From contig CAWFNZ010000004.1 of the NCBI GenBank assembly GCA_963817365.1, forward strand, positions 1,983,818-2,047,817: DNA of 64,000 bases, given 5' to 3'. The notes below the pieces were generated by a model. It was given only the letters and a program-made list of their open reading frames with translations, made no database searches and was not told the origin of the DNA. Below, piece after piece: positions 41,160-51,615 of this stretch. Position 1 is the first letter of the stretch. Every line of letters begins with the position of its first letter. The DNA is from an uncultured Alphaproteobacteria bacterium (GTDB lineage: Bacteria > Pseudomonadota > Alphaproteobacteria > Rhizobiales > Rhodomicrobiaceae). The position numbers and the translations under genes are program-made.

Positions 41160-41596
41160 TATCATGTCACGCCAACCGGGGGCTAGTTCTCGGGGCGAGA
41201 GGCCATGGACCGAGGCATTACAAGCCGGAGCGAATTCTGTCTGAGTATACAATATTTTCCCTTATGATCGACACCCGCCTGAGTGAGGCTGAGCTGTTTC
41301 GTGCGCTTGTTGACGGCCTTTCAAACACCGAGCAGGTTGGGGGGTACATTAAGTACAAAAACAATGTGCTGAAACTAGATATAAACTCGATGCATGACGA
41401 TAAGATAGTTGCAGAACGAAATGAAAGATCCTGGATGTACTATAGATACGAACTGGTCGTATTTATTGATGGCCAAAGTGCATTTAGTGATGACAATGCC
41501 GCTTTAGTACATCAGAGAGAGGTTGCGTTAAATATTATAACTCTACCGCAAAAACTCGGCGCAACCATAGAATTCGTAGCGGAATTTGAGTTGTGA
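41156..41596 (+). CDS. Candidate immunity protein
   Basis: AT-rich small ORF in the array; real start may be ATG ~41264 (MIDTRL). Confidence 0.5.
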   Translation: MISCHANRGLVLGARGHGPRHYKPERILSEYTIFSLMIDTRLSEAELFRALVDGLSNTEQVGGYIKYKNNVLKLDINSMHDDKIVAERNERSWMYYRYELVVFIDGQSAFSDDNAALVHQREVALNIITLPQKLGATIEFVAEFEL

Positions 41597-41991
41597 GCGA
41601 CCAGAGCAAACTACCTGAATTGTACGTAGCTACCGATGTTGAAGCTGATGGGCCAATTCCTGGTCCATATAGTATGCTATCGCTGGGTATGGCGGTGGTT
41701 GGGTGGCCCGAAATCTCGTTTTATACGGAAATGAAGCCGATCTCGGAAGAGTACGTGCCTGCCGCTTTGGAGGTGTCGGGCCTAGATCGTAACCGGCTCC
41801 TAGAAAACGCACCATCTCCACGTGAGGCAATGATGGCTGCGTATGGATGGATAAATGGATTGAGAAAATTTGGCCGGCCAGTATTCCTTGCTGGTCCAGC
41901 GGTTTGGGATGGAATGTTCGTTCATTGGTACTTTGTGCGATATGTCGGGACAAGCCCCTTTGGATCAACAGGGTCAGGCATTGACTTGAGA
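41593..41991 (+). pseudogene. DEDD 3'-5' exonuclease (Rv2179c-like) interrupted by IS1595
   Basis: YVATDVEADGP, SMLSLG, AVWDGMF...GIDLRS, then the IS inverted repeat. Confidence 0.75.
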
Positions 41992-43051
41992 AGCTCTGTC
42001 CAAGTTGTGCGTAGGTTTTCGCCGCAATTCGGGGGCATCCTGGGCGTACCGGTCCGGCAGGAGGGCACCCGATGGAACATCGCAAATTTCAACAGCGGCT
42101 GGATGAATTGCTAGCGGAAGTGACGCACGCGCAAGCCCAAAAGGCAATCGCGGCATTACAGCAACGCGGCGACGGTGACGAGGTGCAGCGTCTTCTGAAT
42201 GAGCGCTTGGAGGGCGATCCCAAGTGCCCGCATTGCGGATCGGGGCGCACCGAAGGCTGGGGCCGCGAGAGGAACGGGCTGAAGCGCTGCCGCTGCCTTG
42301 ACTGCAAGCGGACGTTCAATCCGCTAACCGGCACGCCGTTGGCACGGCTGCGTAAGAAAGAGTGCTGGCTGAAATATGCCGGGGCGCTCAATGAATTGCT
42401 ACCGGTCCGCAAGGCCGGCAAGGTGTGCAAAGTCAGCAAGAACACTGCCTTCAAGTGGCGCCACCGCTTTTTGAAGGCGCAAAACAAATCGAAGGATCAA
42501 TCGCTTGCCGGCATCGCTGAGGTTGACGAAATCTTCCTGCTGGAAAGCTTCAAAGGCCGGCGCAAGCTGCCGCGCCCGGCGCGCAAGCGAGGCGGCGTTG
42601 CGGAAAAGCCAGGCCTATCGGCTGAGCAAATTCCGATCCTGATTGCCCGCGACCGCACCGGCGCTCATATCGACGGCGTATTGCCGGACCGCTCCGAGGC
42701 GGCTGTGCGTCCAGTTCTTGAGGGCAAGCTATCGAAGGACAATACGCTGCTGTGCATGGACGGCGACAAGGCGCTGATCGCCTTCGCCGATGCGGAGGGC
42801 ATCGAATATGAACTCATCATCGCCAGCAAAGGTGAACATGTGCACGAGAAGGTACTGCACATCCAGAACGTCAATGCTTATGGCAGCAGGTTTAAGCAAT
42901 GGCTCAGCCGCTTCAACGGCGTCGCCACCGAATATTTGCCTAGCTATCTTGGCTGGCGGCGCTGGCTTGAGGGGGGCGAGGACGTTATAACCCCAAAAAA
43001 TGCTTTCGCCGCAGCGCTTAGCTGAAACCTACGCACAATTTGGACAGAGCT
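41992..43051 (+). mobile_element. IS1595-family insertion sequence
   Basis: 27-bp TIRs AGCTCTGTCCAA(G/A)TTGTGCGTAGGTTT at 41992-42018 and 43025-43051 (26/27); no TSD visible. Confidence 0.9.
42072..43025 (+). CDS. IS1595-family transposase
   Basis: CPHC...CLDC zinc finger, HTH, EVDE, MDG, HIQNVN motifs. Confidence 0.92.
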   Translation: MEHRKFQQRLDELLAEVTHAQAQKAIAALQQRGDGDEVQRLLNERLEGDPKCPHCGSGRTEGWGRERNGLKRCRCLDCKRTFNPLTGTPLARLRKKECWLKYAGALNELLPVRKAGKVCKVSKNTAFKWRHRFLKAQNKSKDQSLAGIAEVDEIFLLESFKGRRKLPRPARKRGGVAEKPGLSAEQIPILIARDRTGAHIDGVLPDRSEAAVRPVLEGKLSKDNTLLCMDGDKALIAFADAEGIEYELIIASKGEHVHEKVLHIQNVNAYGSRFKQWLSRFNGVATEYLPSYLGWRRWLEGGEDVITPKNAFAAALS

Positions 43052-43103
43052 ATTGTGTTTGAGGAAGTGTTAAGGAGTAGGAAAGTCTAGCGGCAGAGTA
43101 GAG

Positions 43104-43470
43104 ACGTATCATAGTTAATGCGAATATAGTAAACGCCGCATCGCCCTATTTTTCGCCCGCCGCTTTTTGCGAATTTTTTCGCGTTTTTGGTCGAATTCTA
43201 CGTTTCGGGAATCCCGTTAAATATAAGAGCAACTTGCGGATTAACCGCGTTACGGCGCTTTTCCGCTGGCGGGTGCCGCGCAGGTGCTGAAATTTACGGC
43301 GCAATATCAGCATATTAGCTCAAGTTTACGGTTTTCTAAGAACCCATCCTTTATAGTGGCGTCATGAGAGCGGCGGTCCCAGGGGTACGGAAAGAGCGAA
43401 AAGCGCGAAGGAACGGGGTTAACGGGGAATGAATCCGGATGGAGGCCAAGCGATAGGGTAAGCCAAGACG
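43104..43470. repeat. 33-bp core site + leader, copy C
   Basis: ACGTATCATAGTTAATGCGAATATAGTAAACGC followed by the same leader as copy A. Confidence 0.85.
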
Positions 43471-43649
43471 GCGGGCGGCAATATCGCCATCGACGCCAAG
43501 GCCGGCATCAACTCGCAGGGCGCCATCGTGGCCGCGTCCGGCGACCTGACGGCGGCCGCGGGCGGCACATCAACCTGACGGCCGCCTACGACAGCTACAC
43601 GCAGACAAGCAGCAAGACCAGCACGCAAATCGGCCTCACGCTCTCGGCC
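43462..43649 (+). pseudogene. Stub of another orphan TpsA module
   Basis: Aligns with 34612-34797 (AGGNIAIDAKAGINSQGAIVAASG...QIGLTLSA), contains a 1-bp deletion, then breaks off. Confidence 0.8.
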
Positions 43650-43924
43650 TACTTACGCTGCCGATTTTGGAGCCGTTTCGGGCAATCCTTGATACAAGCG
43701 AGCTTGGCTGGATGACTTGACCAAGCCTTACAGCGCGGCTGGCTTCGGCAACTCATTCAAGGATTGGTGGCGTCTACAGGCGGAAGGCAGCGCAGAAAAA
43801 ATTGTCCGCGAGCGGTGCCGCGAAGTTTAGTTATAGTCGCACAATTGTCCCACAAAGAGAGACAAAGCGAACATAATCAATAATATAAGAGTAGGATGAC
43901 TCCCCCGGCCGGAGCCAAAAAGAC

Positions 43925-45610
43925 GTAATAGGGGCAAAAGGGCGGGCAATCACGCTGAAGCGGGCGCGCGGATGAGTTCGGCCAAGCTTTGCACGGCCGG
44001 TGCGTCCGGCACGCCGAGGCGGTCGCCGAGATAGTCCCAGAAGCTGATCGCCTGCTTGGCGCAGGTTTTCATGAGGCCCAGGAACGCGTCGCGGCTATCG
44101 CGGCCCAGATCGGTGCGGGTGCCGGCGGAGGTTTTGCGCCTCGTCACTTGGCAGCGGATATCGTTTTCCGAGCCGTTGGTGTGCAACGGGATCTCCGGCC
44201 GTTTCAGCACCGCCAGCAGGTCTTCTTTCTGGGCATGCAGCCGCGCCAGCAGCCTGTCGAGTGTGGCAAAGCCCGTCTCCGTGGAAAAGATGCTATCGAA
44301 GCGGCGGCTCAGCTTCCTCGCCCGGCGCCGGGCTGGCGCCTGGCGGTAAGCTTTGAGATCCTTGTAGAGCCGCCAGATGCGGGCACGGATGCGCTCCTTG
44401 GCCTGGACGTGCGCCTCGCAGAACGTGTCGAGCTTGTGGATGAGGCGTTCTGCATGAACCCAGCAGAGCGCGTGCTCCGCAATCTTGAACTGTCCGGCGC
44501 CATCGGAGACGATCACCGTGCCGTCCAGGAGTCCTTGTTCCGCAATCGAGCCCCATAAAGCGCCTTCGGTTGCGATCTGGACCGGATCGGGACGGACCTT
44601 AAGATCGGTGAGGCCGAGCTTTTGAAGATGCTCCATGAAGGCGTCGCGGCCGGTAAAGCGCTGGTCTGCGCCCGCCAAGAGGGCGATGGTTGCCTGCGGC
44701 AGCTTATGATCGCGCATGTAATCGAGGGCTGCGGCATTGATGACGTAATCGTCCTGCCCGGCCCGCAGCAGTTCCAGGAAGTTGAGGCGGCTCTTCGAGT
44801 ATGTGGTCGCGAAAAAGGCGAAGCGATCGTTGCCGATATGGGTGCAAAAGCCGTTCTTGGCCTTATGCCGGGCACCCGTATCGTCGACCGTAATCCAGCG
44901 CGCCGAGCCAAGCCCCGCACGCAGCACCTCCCTGGCTTCGGCGAGGAAGGCGTCCTGCTTGCGGCTGAGCAGCCGCACGATTTGCCGCTTGGAGATATCG
45001 ATGCCCAAGTCTTGCAGCAGGGTAAGCAGGCGCGGGATGGTCACTTGCCCCTGGTGGTATTGGCTCAAGATGAAGCGCTTGAGTTCCGGGCCGAAATGGC
45101 TGGCCGTACCGGCCGGCAGCGCGGCCACTACCGTCTCGCCCGAGGGCAGCAGCCAGCGCTCGCGCCGGTAACGGATCGTCCATGGCTTGATGACAATGTC
45201 CTGAACGATGAAGTCTTCATAGCCCTTGAAGCGGGCGCCTGCCGGCAGGTTGTCTGGCTTGCCAATCCGTGTTTCGTTTATGCTGAGCTTCGTCCGCTTG
45301 GCGCCGCGCCGGCCCTTCCGGCGGCTGCCTTTGGCAGCGGAAGCCTCCGCCGCCTTCTCCATGCCGCTGGGCTTGAGCTTCGGCCGCCCCTTCAAGCCCT
45401 TGAGCCGCGCGATCTCCTCGCGAAGCTTCACGTTCTCTGCCTTCAGCCGGGCGTTCTCCTCCAGAGCCTGCAGCAGCAACGCCTTCAGCTCTTCGAGGCC
45501 AGCCCCGGAAATGTCCTTTGGTGATTCGGCCATGCCCAAGGGGAGTCAGAAATTGAGTCTCTTGTGAAGTTCGCGCCTCAGTGACTTGCCCGGCGTTTTG
45601 CCCCTATTAC
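43925..45610 (-). mobile_element. IS66-family (single-ORF) element, copy 1; transposase 43950-45533
   Basis: TIRs GTAATAGGGGCAAAA / TTTTGCCCCTATTAC; WITVDDTG, VSDG, LCWVHAER, TNGSENDIR motifs; flanks do not match (no TSD). Confidence 0.88.
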
Positions 45611-45695
45611 GAGAGATGGGGATATATCGCCAAAGTTGCACGCATAACTTGATTGCACCGCATGCACGGCTGTAGGTTGGAGCCCACAAGAAAGA

Positions 45696-45721
45696 GCCCC
45701 TAGCGGGGGGACGCTAGGGGC
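45696..45721. terminator. Hairpin, possible minus-strand intrinsic terminator
   Basis: GCCCCTAGCG-loop-CGCTAGGGGC with an A-rich run on its left. Confidence 0.4.
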
Positions 45722-46069
45722 TAGATGGTTGGGCTTCCATCTGGTGGTGCATGTACCGTAGGTTGTATTTTTCCGCGGATCAATAAAAGATAGTTTGTTT
45801 CCACACGCCGGGGTTGTGTTGTGGATATCTGCTGCCAATCGCTCCTAGCCCTGCTTTATTTAACGCGGCGCTGCCAGTAGTCTGAAATGTTCACCGGAGG
45901 TTTGCGGCTGATGGCCTGCGCTGCAAAGCGTTTTGCAGCCGGCACCCGCGTCCTGACCGGCCGGCTCCGGCACGTCTGGCATTGGCGCCATAATACCCGG
46001 CTCGCTCGCACCGCCGATGAACTTGGCGCATTTCCGATGCTTCATGCTGGAAACGCATGGGAGGCTTGA

Positions 46070-46408
46070 GTGACAGCGGTTCAGGCAGGCAACCTATTCG
46101 AGACTATTCCAGCCGCGGGCGGCGCGGCGGACGAGGAATTCGCCGAAATTCTCAGCCGCCCCGGATTGAAAATTGAGCGCATCGTTTCGCACGGGCATGC
46201 CAGCCCGCCTGGGTTCTGGTACGATCAGCCCTGGAACGAGTGGGTGATCGCGCTTAAGGGCGGCGCGGGATTGCGCTTCGAGGACGAGCCTGGCGAACGG
46301 GCGATGGCCGCCGGCGATTACATCTTTATCCCGGCTGGGAAACGCCACCGCGTCGAGTGGACCGATCCGGCGGCGCCAACGGTTTGGCTCGCCGTCCACT
46401 TCGAGTGA
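46070..46408 (+). CDS. Cupin-domain protein
   Basis: KIERIVSHGHASPPGFWYDQPWNEWV...IPAGKRHRVEWT; GGAGG RBS. Confidence 0.88.
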   Translation: MTAVQAGNLFETIPAAGGAADEEFAEILSRPGLKIERIVSHGHASPPGFWYDQPWNEWVIALKGGAGLRFEDEPGERAMAAGDYIFIPAGKRHRVEWTDPAAPTVWLAVHFE

Positions 46409-46476
46409 ACATTCGGGGGCAAAACCGTAATCGCCACGGCACCCCAGGGGCCGGCTCGCAGCCATGACGGCGATTG

Positions 46477-47433
46477 TTATTCCTCAGAAATCGGCAAGCC
46501 GAATCGCAGCAGTGAGCGCGCCAGCACTGGGTGAGCAGACGCCCAAAGGCCGTCGAACAGGAACCAAACGTGCCAAACAAAGCCGTCGTGCATGCGGAGT
46601 TCGACCGCATGCGAACCGCCTTGCACCACCGCCGGCTGCCGCAGCCCGAGCCAGACGGCATCTTTCCGCAGCTCGTCCTCGCTCAAAGTGCCGGCGCGAA
46701 ACGCCTGCCAATGGTTGCTCAGGGTGTGGGGACTGGCCTCGGCGACGCGGCGCAGCAATGCCGGAAGGTCAAGCGCGGGATTGTGGTGCGCCACCAGCGC
46801 AAGCCAGCCGATTTCCATCGAACGGTTTTCGTCAGCGGAAAGCGTTCGCAGCCAGGCGGCAAGGCCGGGCAAGCGCAGTCCGCTCACTTTGACCGGACCG
46901 GCCGCATCGCTCAGATTGCCGCTATCCCACACCGTCGCGAACACGCCGAAAACCGCGCCGTCTCCTCCGGCATCCCCGGCCGCGGCGACGTCGAAACCGG
47001 GATCGAAGCCGCCGCTCCCGGTTTCCAGCGGCAGCGCATCTGCGGCGTAGCAGGCGAAGCGCTCCTGTTCCGCCTGAAAAACTCCATCGCTTGCCCACCA
47101 GAAGGCAAGCTCGACCTCGTCATCGTCGGTTTCGACCAGAACATATCCGTCCCGGCATTCGACGTTGCCCGAATACCATTTGTCCGACAGCAGCTTTTGC
47201 AGCTCTTCGGGTGTCGCGGGCGCCTCCAAACCCTCCTCGCGGACGCGTCTGGCAAAGCCAGCGAAGCCGTAGAGATCGTCTGCATCAAGGAGCGCCTTGC
47301 TGGTGACGTCCGCATCGCTGCGCAAGCGCGGCCAGATCGATTGGAACCAGGCGAGCGGCGTTTCTGCGTCGAGCCTGTAGACGGACCGGTTCGCAGACAA
47401 ATACGGGCTTCTAAGGACAAAGTTCGTTGGCAT
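46477..47433 (-). CDS. Hypothetical protein (~318 aa)
   Basis: Long ORF, likely start MPTNFVLRSPY; no family recognised. Confidence 0.7.
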   Translation of the reverse strand: MPTNFVLRSPYLSANRSVYRLDAETPLAWFQSIWPRLRSDADVTSKALLDADDLYGFAGFARRVREEGLEAPATPEELQKLLSDKWYSGNVECRDGYVLVETDDDEVELAFWWASDGVFQAEQERFACYAADALPLETGSGGFDPGFDVAAAGDAGGDGAVFGVFATVWDSGNLSDAAGPVKVSGLRLPGLAAWLRTLSADENRSMEIGWLALVAHHNPALDLPALLRRVAEASPHTLSNHWQAFRAGTLSEDELRKDAVWLGLRQPAVVQGGSHAVELRMHDGFVWHVWFLFDGLWASAHPVLARSLLRFGLPISEE

Positions 47434-47779
47434 CGTCAATCGATCCAAGGGCCTGCAAGACGTGTCAGGCGGCGAAAACGGGCATCGCCGTTGGGTGTCT
47501 CCGCTGCCGGAGGGTGGGCTCAGTGGTAGCATGGCGATCTTGGCCAATTCATGAAAATAGGAATGCCTTGGTGGGGTTTTGAAATAATTTTCCAGCGCAA
47601 TGCTCACCTTAGCACATGAGTGGTCCTTTTTGCCAACTCCGCACCAAATGGCGCGTATTATTTGCTATGCGCGACTTTGACAACGGGTTCGCGGCGGGAC
47701 ATTTTCGAGGGCCCGCCAGCATTAGGCTGCGATAAATGCGCGCTGACGCTCCGGGCCTGAATTCAACCGGGAGCTTTCG

Positions 47780-48640
47780 ATGCCCAGTCAGCCGCTCCGC
47801 ATAGCCGTAGCCAGGAAGCAGGACGTTTATCCGCTGGAAGACGATGCGGTCTGGCAGCGTTTGCGCGCCGAGGCCCAGCAAGGGCTCGACAACGACGGCG
47901 CGCTTGCTTCGCTCTACCTGCAAATCCTTGAAGCGCCCACGTTCGAGCAGGCGCTGATCCACAGGCTTGCCGCGCTGCTCGGCGATGCGTTCCTGCCCGC
48001 CGAAGCGCTCGGAACCATCCTGGTCAATCAGGTTCACGCGGAACCTTCCATCGGCAAGGGCATGCGCGCCGACATCGCCGCGGTTGCCGAACGCGATCCT
48101 GCCTGCACAAGGCTCCTGGAGGCGTTCTTTTTCTACAAGGGCTACGCGGCAATCCAGACCCACCGTTTCGCGCACTGCCTTTGGACGCGGGACAAGCGCG
48201 ATATAGCCCTCTATCTGCAGAGCCGGTCTTCGGAGGTGTTCCACACGGATATTCACCCCGCCGCGATGTTCGGAAATGGGATTTTCCTGGATCACGCGAC
48301 CGGCTTCGTGGCAGGGGAAACCGTGCTCATCGAGGATAACGTCTCGATCTTGCATGGTGTCACGCTGGGCGGCAGCGGGACCCAAAAAGGCCAGCGGCAT
48401 CCGAAGGTCCGGACCGGCGTCTTGATCGGAGCGGGGGCGCAAATCCTTGGGCCTATCGAACTCGGCGCCTTCTCCAAGATCGCGGCTGGCTCGCTGGTCA
48501 CGAAGTCCGTTCCACCCCGGTCCACCGCGGTCGGTGTGCCCGCGCGTATCATCGAGGGCGCCGGATCGGAAAACCCTGCGGAAAGCATGAACCAGGCGCT
48601 GGCCGAAGGGACCTACGAGTCCTTCACTTACGTTATTTGA
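47780..48640 (+). CDS. cysE: Serine O-acetyltransferase
   Basis: ERDPAC, YKGYAAIQTHR, DIHPAA, DHATG, VTLGGSG...RHPK hexapeptide repeats. Confidence 0.94.
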   Translation: MPSQPLRIAVARKQDVYPLEDDAVWQRLRAEAQQGLDNDGALASLYLQILEAPTFEQALIHRLAALLGDAFLPAEALGTILVNQVHAEPSIGKGMRADIAAVAERDPACTRLLEAFFFYKGYAAIQTHRFAHCLWTRDKRDIALYLQSRSSEVFHTDIHPAAMFGNGIFLDHATGFVAGETVLIEDNVSILHGVTLGGSGTQKGQRHPKVRTGVLIGAGAQILGPIELGAFSKIAAGSLVTKSVPPRSTAVGVPARIIEGAGSENPAESMNQALAEGTYESFTYVI

Positions 48641-48733
48641 TCGGTGGCCACCCGCAACGGAGCGTGTGAAAAAATGCCGATCCGCTTGGCGGCCTAACCC
48701 CGGCAGACGTTCAACTATCGAAGCGGGAAATCT

Positions 48734-50417
48734 GTAATAGGGGCAAAACGCCGGGCAAGTCACTGAGGCGCGACTCACAAGAGACTCAATTTCTGACTCC
48801 CCTTGGGCATGGCCGAATCACCCAAGGACGTTTCCGTGGCTGGCCTCGAAGAGCTGAAGGCGTTGCTGCTGCAGGCTCTGGAGGAGAACGCCCGGCTGAA
48901 GGCAGAGAACGTGAAGCTTCGCGAGGAGATCGCGCGGCTGAAGGGCTTGAAGGGACGCCCCAAGCTCAAGCCCAGCGGCATGGAGAAGGCGCCGGAGGCT
49001 GGCGCTGCCAAAGGCAGCCGCCGGAAGGGCCGGCGCGGCGCCAAGCGGACGAAGCTCAGCATAAACGAAACACGGATTGGTAAGCCGGACAGCCTGCCGG
49101 AAGGCGCCCGGCTCAAGGGCTACGAAGACTTCATCGTTCAGGACATTGTCATCAAGCCATGGACGATCCGTTACCGGCGCGAGCGCTGGCTGTTGCCCTC
49201 GGGCGAGACGGTCGTGGCTGCGTTGCCAAAGGGGGTAACCAGCCATTTCGGCCCGGAGCTCAAGCGTTTCATCTTGAGCCAGTACCATCAGGGGCAAGTG
49301 ACAATCCCGCGCTTGTTGGGGCTACTGCAAGACCTGGGCATCGATATCTCCAAGCGGCAGATCGTGCGGCTGCTCAGCGGCAAGCAAGACGCCTTTCTTG
49401 CCGAAGCCAAGGAGGTGCTGCGCGCGGGCCTTGCCTCTGCCTTTTGGATTACGGCCGACGATACAGGTGCGCGGCATAAGGCCAGGAACGGCTTTTGCAC
49501 CCACATCGGCAATGATCGTTTCGCTTGGTTTGGAACCACATACTCGAAGAGCCGCCTCAATTTCCTGGAACTGCTGCGGGCCGGGCAGGACGATTACGTC
49601 ATCAATGCCGCAGCCCTCGATTACATGCGCGATCATAAGCTGCCGCAGGCAACCATCGCCCTCTTGGCGGGCGCAGACCAGCGCTTTACCGGCCGCGACG
49701 CCTTCATGGAGCATCTTCAAAAGCTCGGCCTCACCGATCTTAAGGTCCGTCCCGATCCGGTCCAGATCGCAACCGAAGGCGCTTTATGGGGCTCGATTGC
49801 GGAACAAGGACTCCTGGACGGCACGGTGATCGTCTCCGATGGCGCCGGACAGTTCAAGATTGCGGAGCACGCGCTCTGCTGGGTTCATGCAGAACGCCTC
49901 ATCCACAAGCTCGACACGTTCTGCGAGGCGCACGTCCAGGCCAAGGAGCGCATCCGTGCCCGCATCTGGCGGCTCTACAAGGATCTCAAAGCTTACCGCC
50001 AGGCGCCAGCCCGGCGCCGGGCGAGGAAGCTGAGCCGCCGCTTCGATAGCATCTTTTCCACGGAGACGGGCTTTGCCACACTCGACAGGCTGCTGGCGCG
50101 GCTGCATGCCCAGAAAGAAGACCTGCTGGCGGTGCTGAAACGGCCGGAGATCCCGTTGCACACCAACGGCTCGGAAAACGATATCCGCTGCCAAGTGACG
50201 AGGCGCAAAACCTCCGCCGGCACCCGCACCGATCTGGGCCGCGATAGCCGCGACGCGTTCCTGGGCCTCATGAAAACCTGCGCCAAGCAGGCGATCAGCT
50301 TCTGGGACTATCTCGGCGACCGCCTCGGCGTGCCGGACGCACCGGCCGTGCAAAGCTTGGCCGAACTCATCCGCGCGCCCGCTTCAGCGTGATTGCCCGC
50401 CCTTTTGCCCCTATTAC
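48734..50417 (+). mobile_element. IS66-family element, copy 2; transposase 48809-50392
   Basis: Same TIRs; perfect 8-bp TSD GGAAATCT (48726-48733, 50418-50425). Confidence 0.93.
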
Positions 50418-50448
50418 GGAAATCTGTCCGAACAACCGGGGCCACCTC

Positions 50449-50603
50449 ACTCATTCCCGCGCAGGCGGGAACCCACGGTAAGTATATGCAGAGCCTGTGT
50501 CCTTGGCTGTCATGGTTTCCCGCCTTCGAGCGTGTGAAAAAATCGGCGAGACGCTTGCAGTCCGGGCCGCAGCGTCGTCCCCCCGAAGGCGGCGGGAATG
50601 ACG
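50449..50603. repeat. Palindromic intergenic repeat (TCATTCCCGC...GCGGGAATGAC type)
   Basis: ATTCCCGCGCAGGCGGGAA hairpin and terminal inverted repeat; another hairpin at 50714-50744. Confidence 0.6.
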
Positions 50604-51079
50604 TTGCGTAGTCTCGCCGAAGTCTGCAATTTCGATTTTTTCACGCCCAGCAAGTTGCGCCGGCACGCCTTTTTCGGGCTGGAACAAACGCAACCGCCGG
50701 ATTTAGTTGAAGGTCCCGGATACGGCGAAAACGCCGTTCCGGGATGAGGGGCGCGGAAATACGGGGCCGGATGCGGTACCGGCTGTTCAGGGCCTCCGCT
50801 GCCCGGATGCTTGCGTTACCGCCGTGGTCCATCGCACGCACCTGGGCGGTTGGCGGGTAGGGCTCATCGTTTTTTTACCTTTGCTGGGTATATGTTTAGA
50901 TCGTGGACATAAATCGAGCGTCCGCACAAATATTAATAAATTATCATTTCGTCTCGCGTGTTTCTCTTGGAAGGTCTTTAAATTACTAAATACAATAGAA
51001 CCGGCATGCACGCAATTGGCAAGCATGACTATTGTTTTGCGATACTGTCTTCCTTTGAGGTTTCTTGTGGAGGGTAGCT

Positions 51080-51613
51080 ATGCAGCCGGCGTTCGGTGAG
51101 AACTACGATTTCACCTGGACAGATCTAGGTGACATTTCTTTCGGGCGCCCGAACTTAGGCCCGGATGTCCCCGTATTTGTCCACCGCCTGGCCCAATACA
51201 CCATGCGTGAGGTCATCCGGCGGCGCTACGGCGAGGACATGGCGCGCCTCCTGCTTCGCGAGGCGGGCTGGATCGCCGGGCGGGAATTCTGCCGTAATAT
51301 CCTGAACGCCAGCTTGGATTTCGCCGCCTTCATAGTCCAGTTGCAGGAAGCACTGAAGGCCAGAAGGATAGGCATTTTAAGGATCGAGAAAGCCGATTTA
51401 GAAGCCATGTCATTCGTGATTACCGTGTCGGAGGACTTGAATTGTTCCGGCCTTCCCGTCCTCGGAACCACGGTTTGCGACTACGATGAAGGCTTCATTG
51501 CCGGCGTTCTTCAGGCATACACCGGCAAGCACTTCTCAGCGGTAGAGGTCGATTGCTGGGCGACCGGAGACCGCACCTGCCGCTTCGTGGTCAACCAGGA
51601 TATGGGCGGCTAG
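51080..51613 (+). CDS. Stand-alone V4R-domain protein
   Basis: LNCSGLP...VCDYDEGFIAGVL...VEVDCWATGDRTCRF; GGAGG RBS. Confidence 0.88.
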   Translation: MQPAFGENYDFTWTDLGDISFGRPNLGPDVPVFVHRLAQYTMREVIRRRYGEDMARLLLREAGWIAGREFCRNILNASLDFAAFIVQLQEALKARRIGILRIEKADLEAMSFVITVSEDLNCSGLPVLGTTVCDYDEGFIAGVLQAYTGKHFSAVEVDCWATGDRTCRFVVNQDMGG

Positions 51614-51615
51614 TA

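Noticed and set aside
34252-43136. Core sites as integron attC sites
   Set aside because: No RYYYAAC/GTTRRRY pair with the long imperfect hairpin, and no integrase in the window.
45578-45838. Possible acyl-CoA ligase N-terminal fragment (KLSFIDP...TTYG)
   Set aside because: Too short and weak to support by eye.
47609-48778. 389-aa minus ORF
   Set aside because: Antisense to cysE; no motifs.
43925-50417. Composite transposon carrying cupin-cysE
   Set aside because: Copy 2 has its own TSD and the outer flanks do not match, so the insertions look independent.
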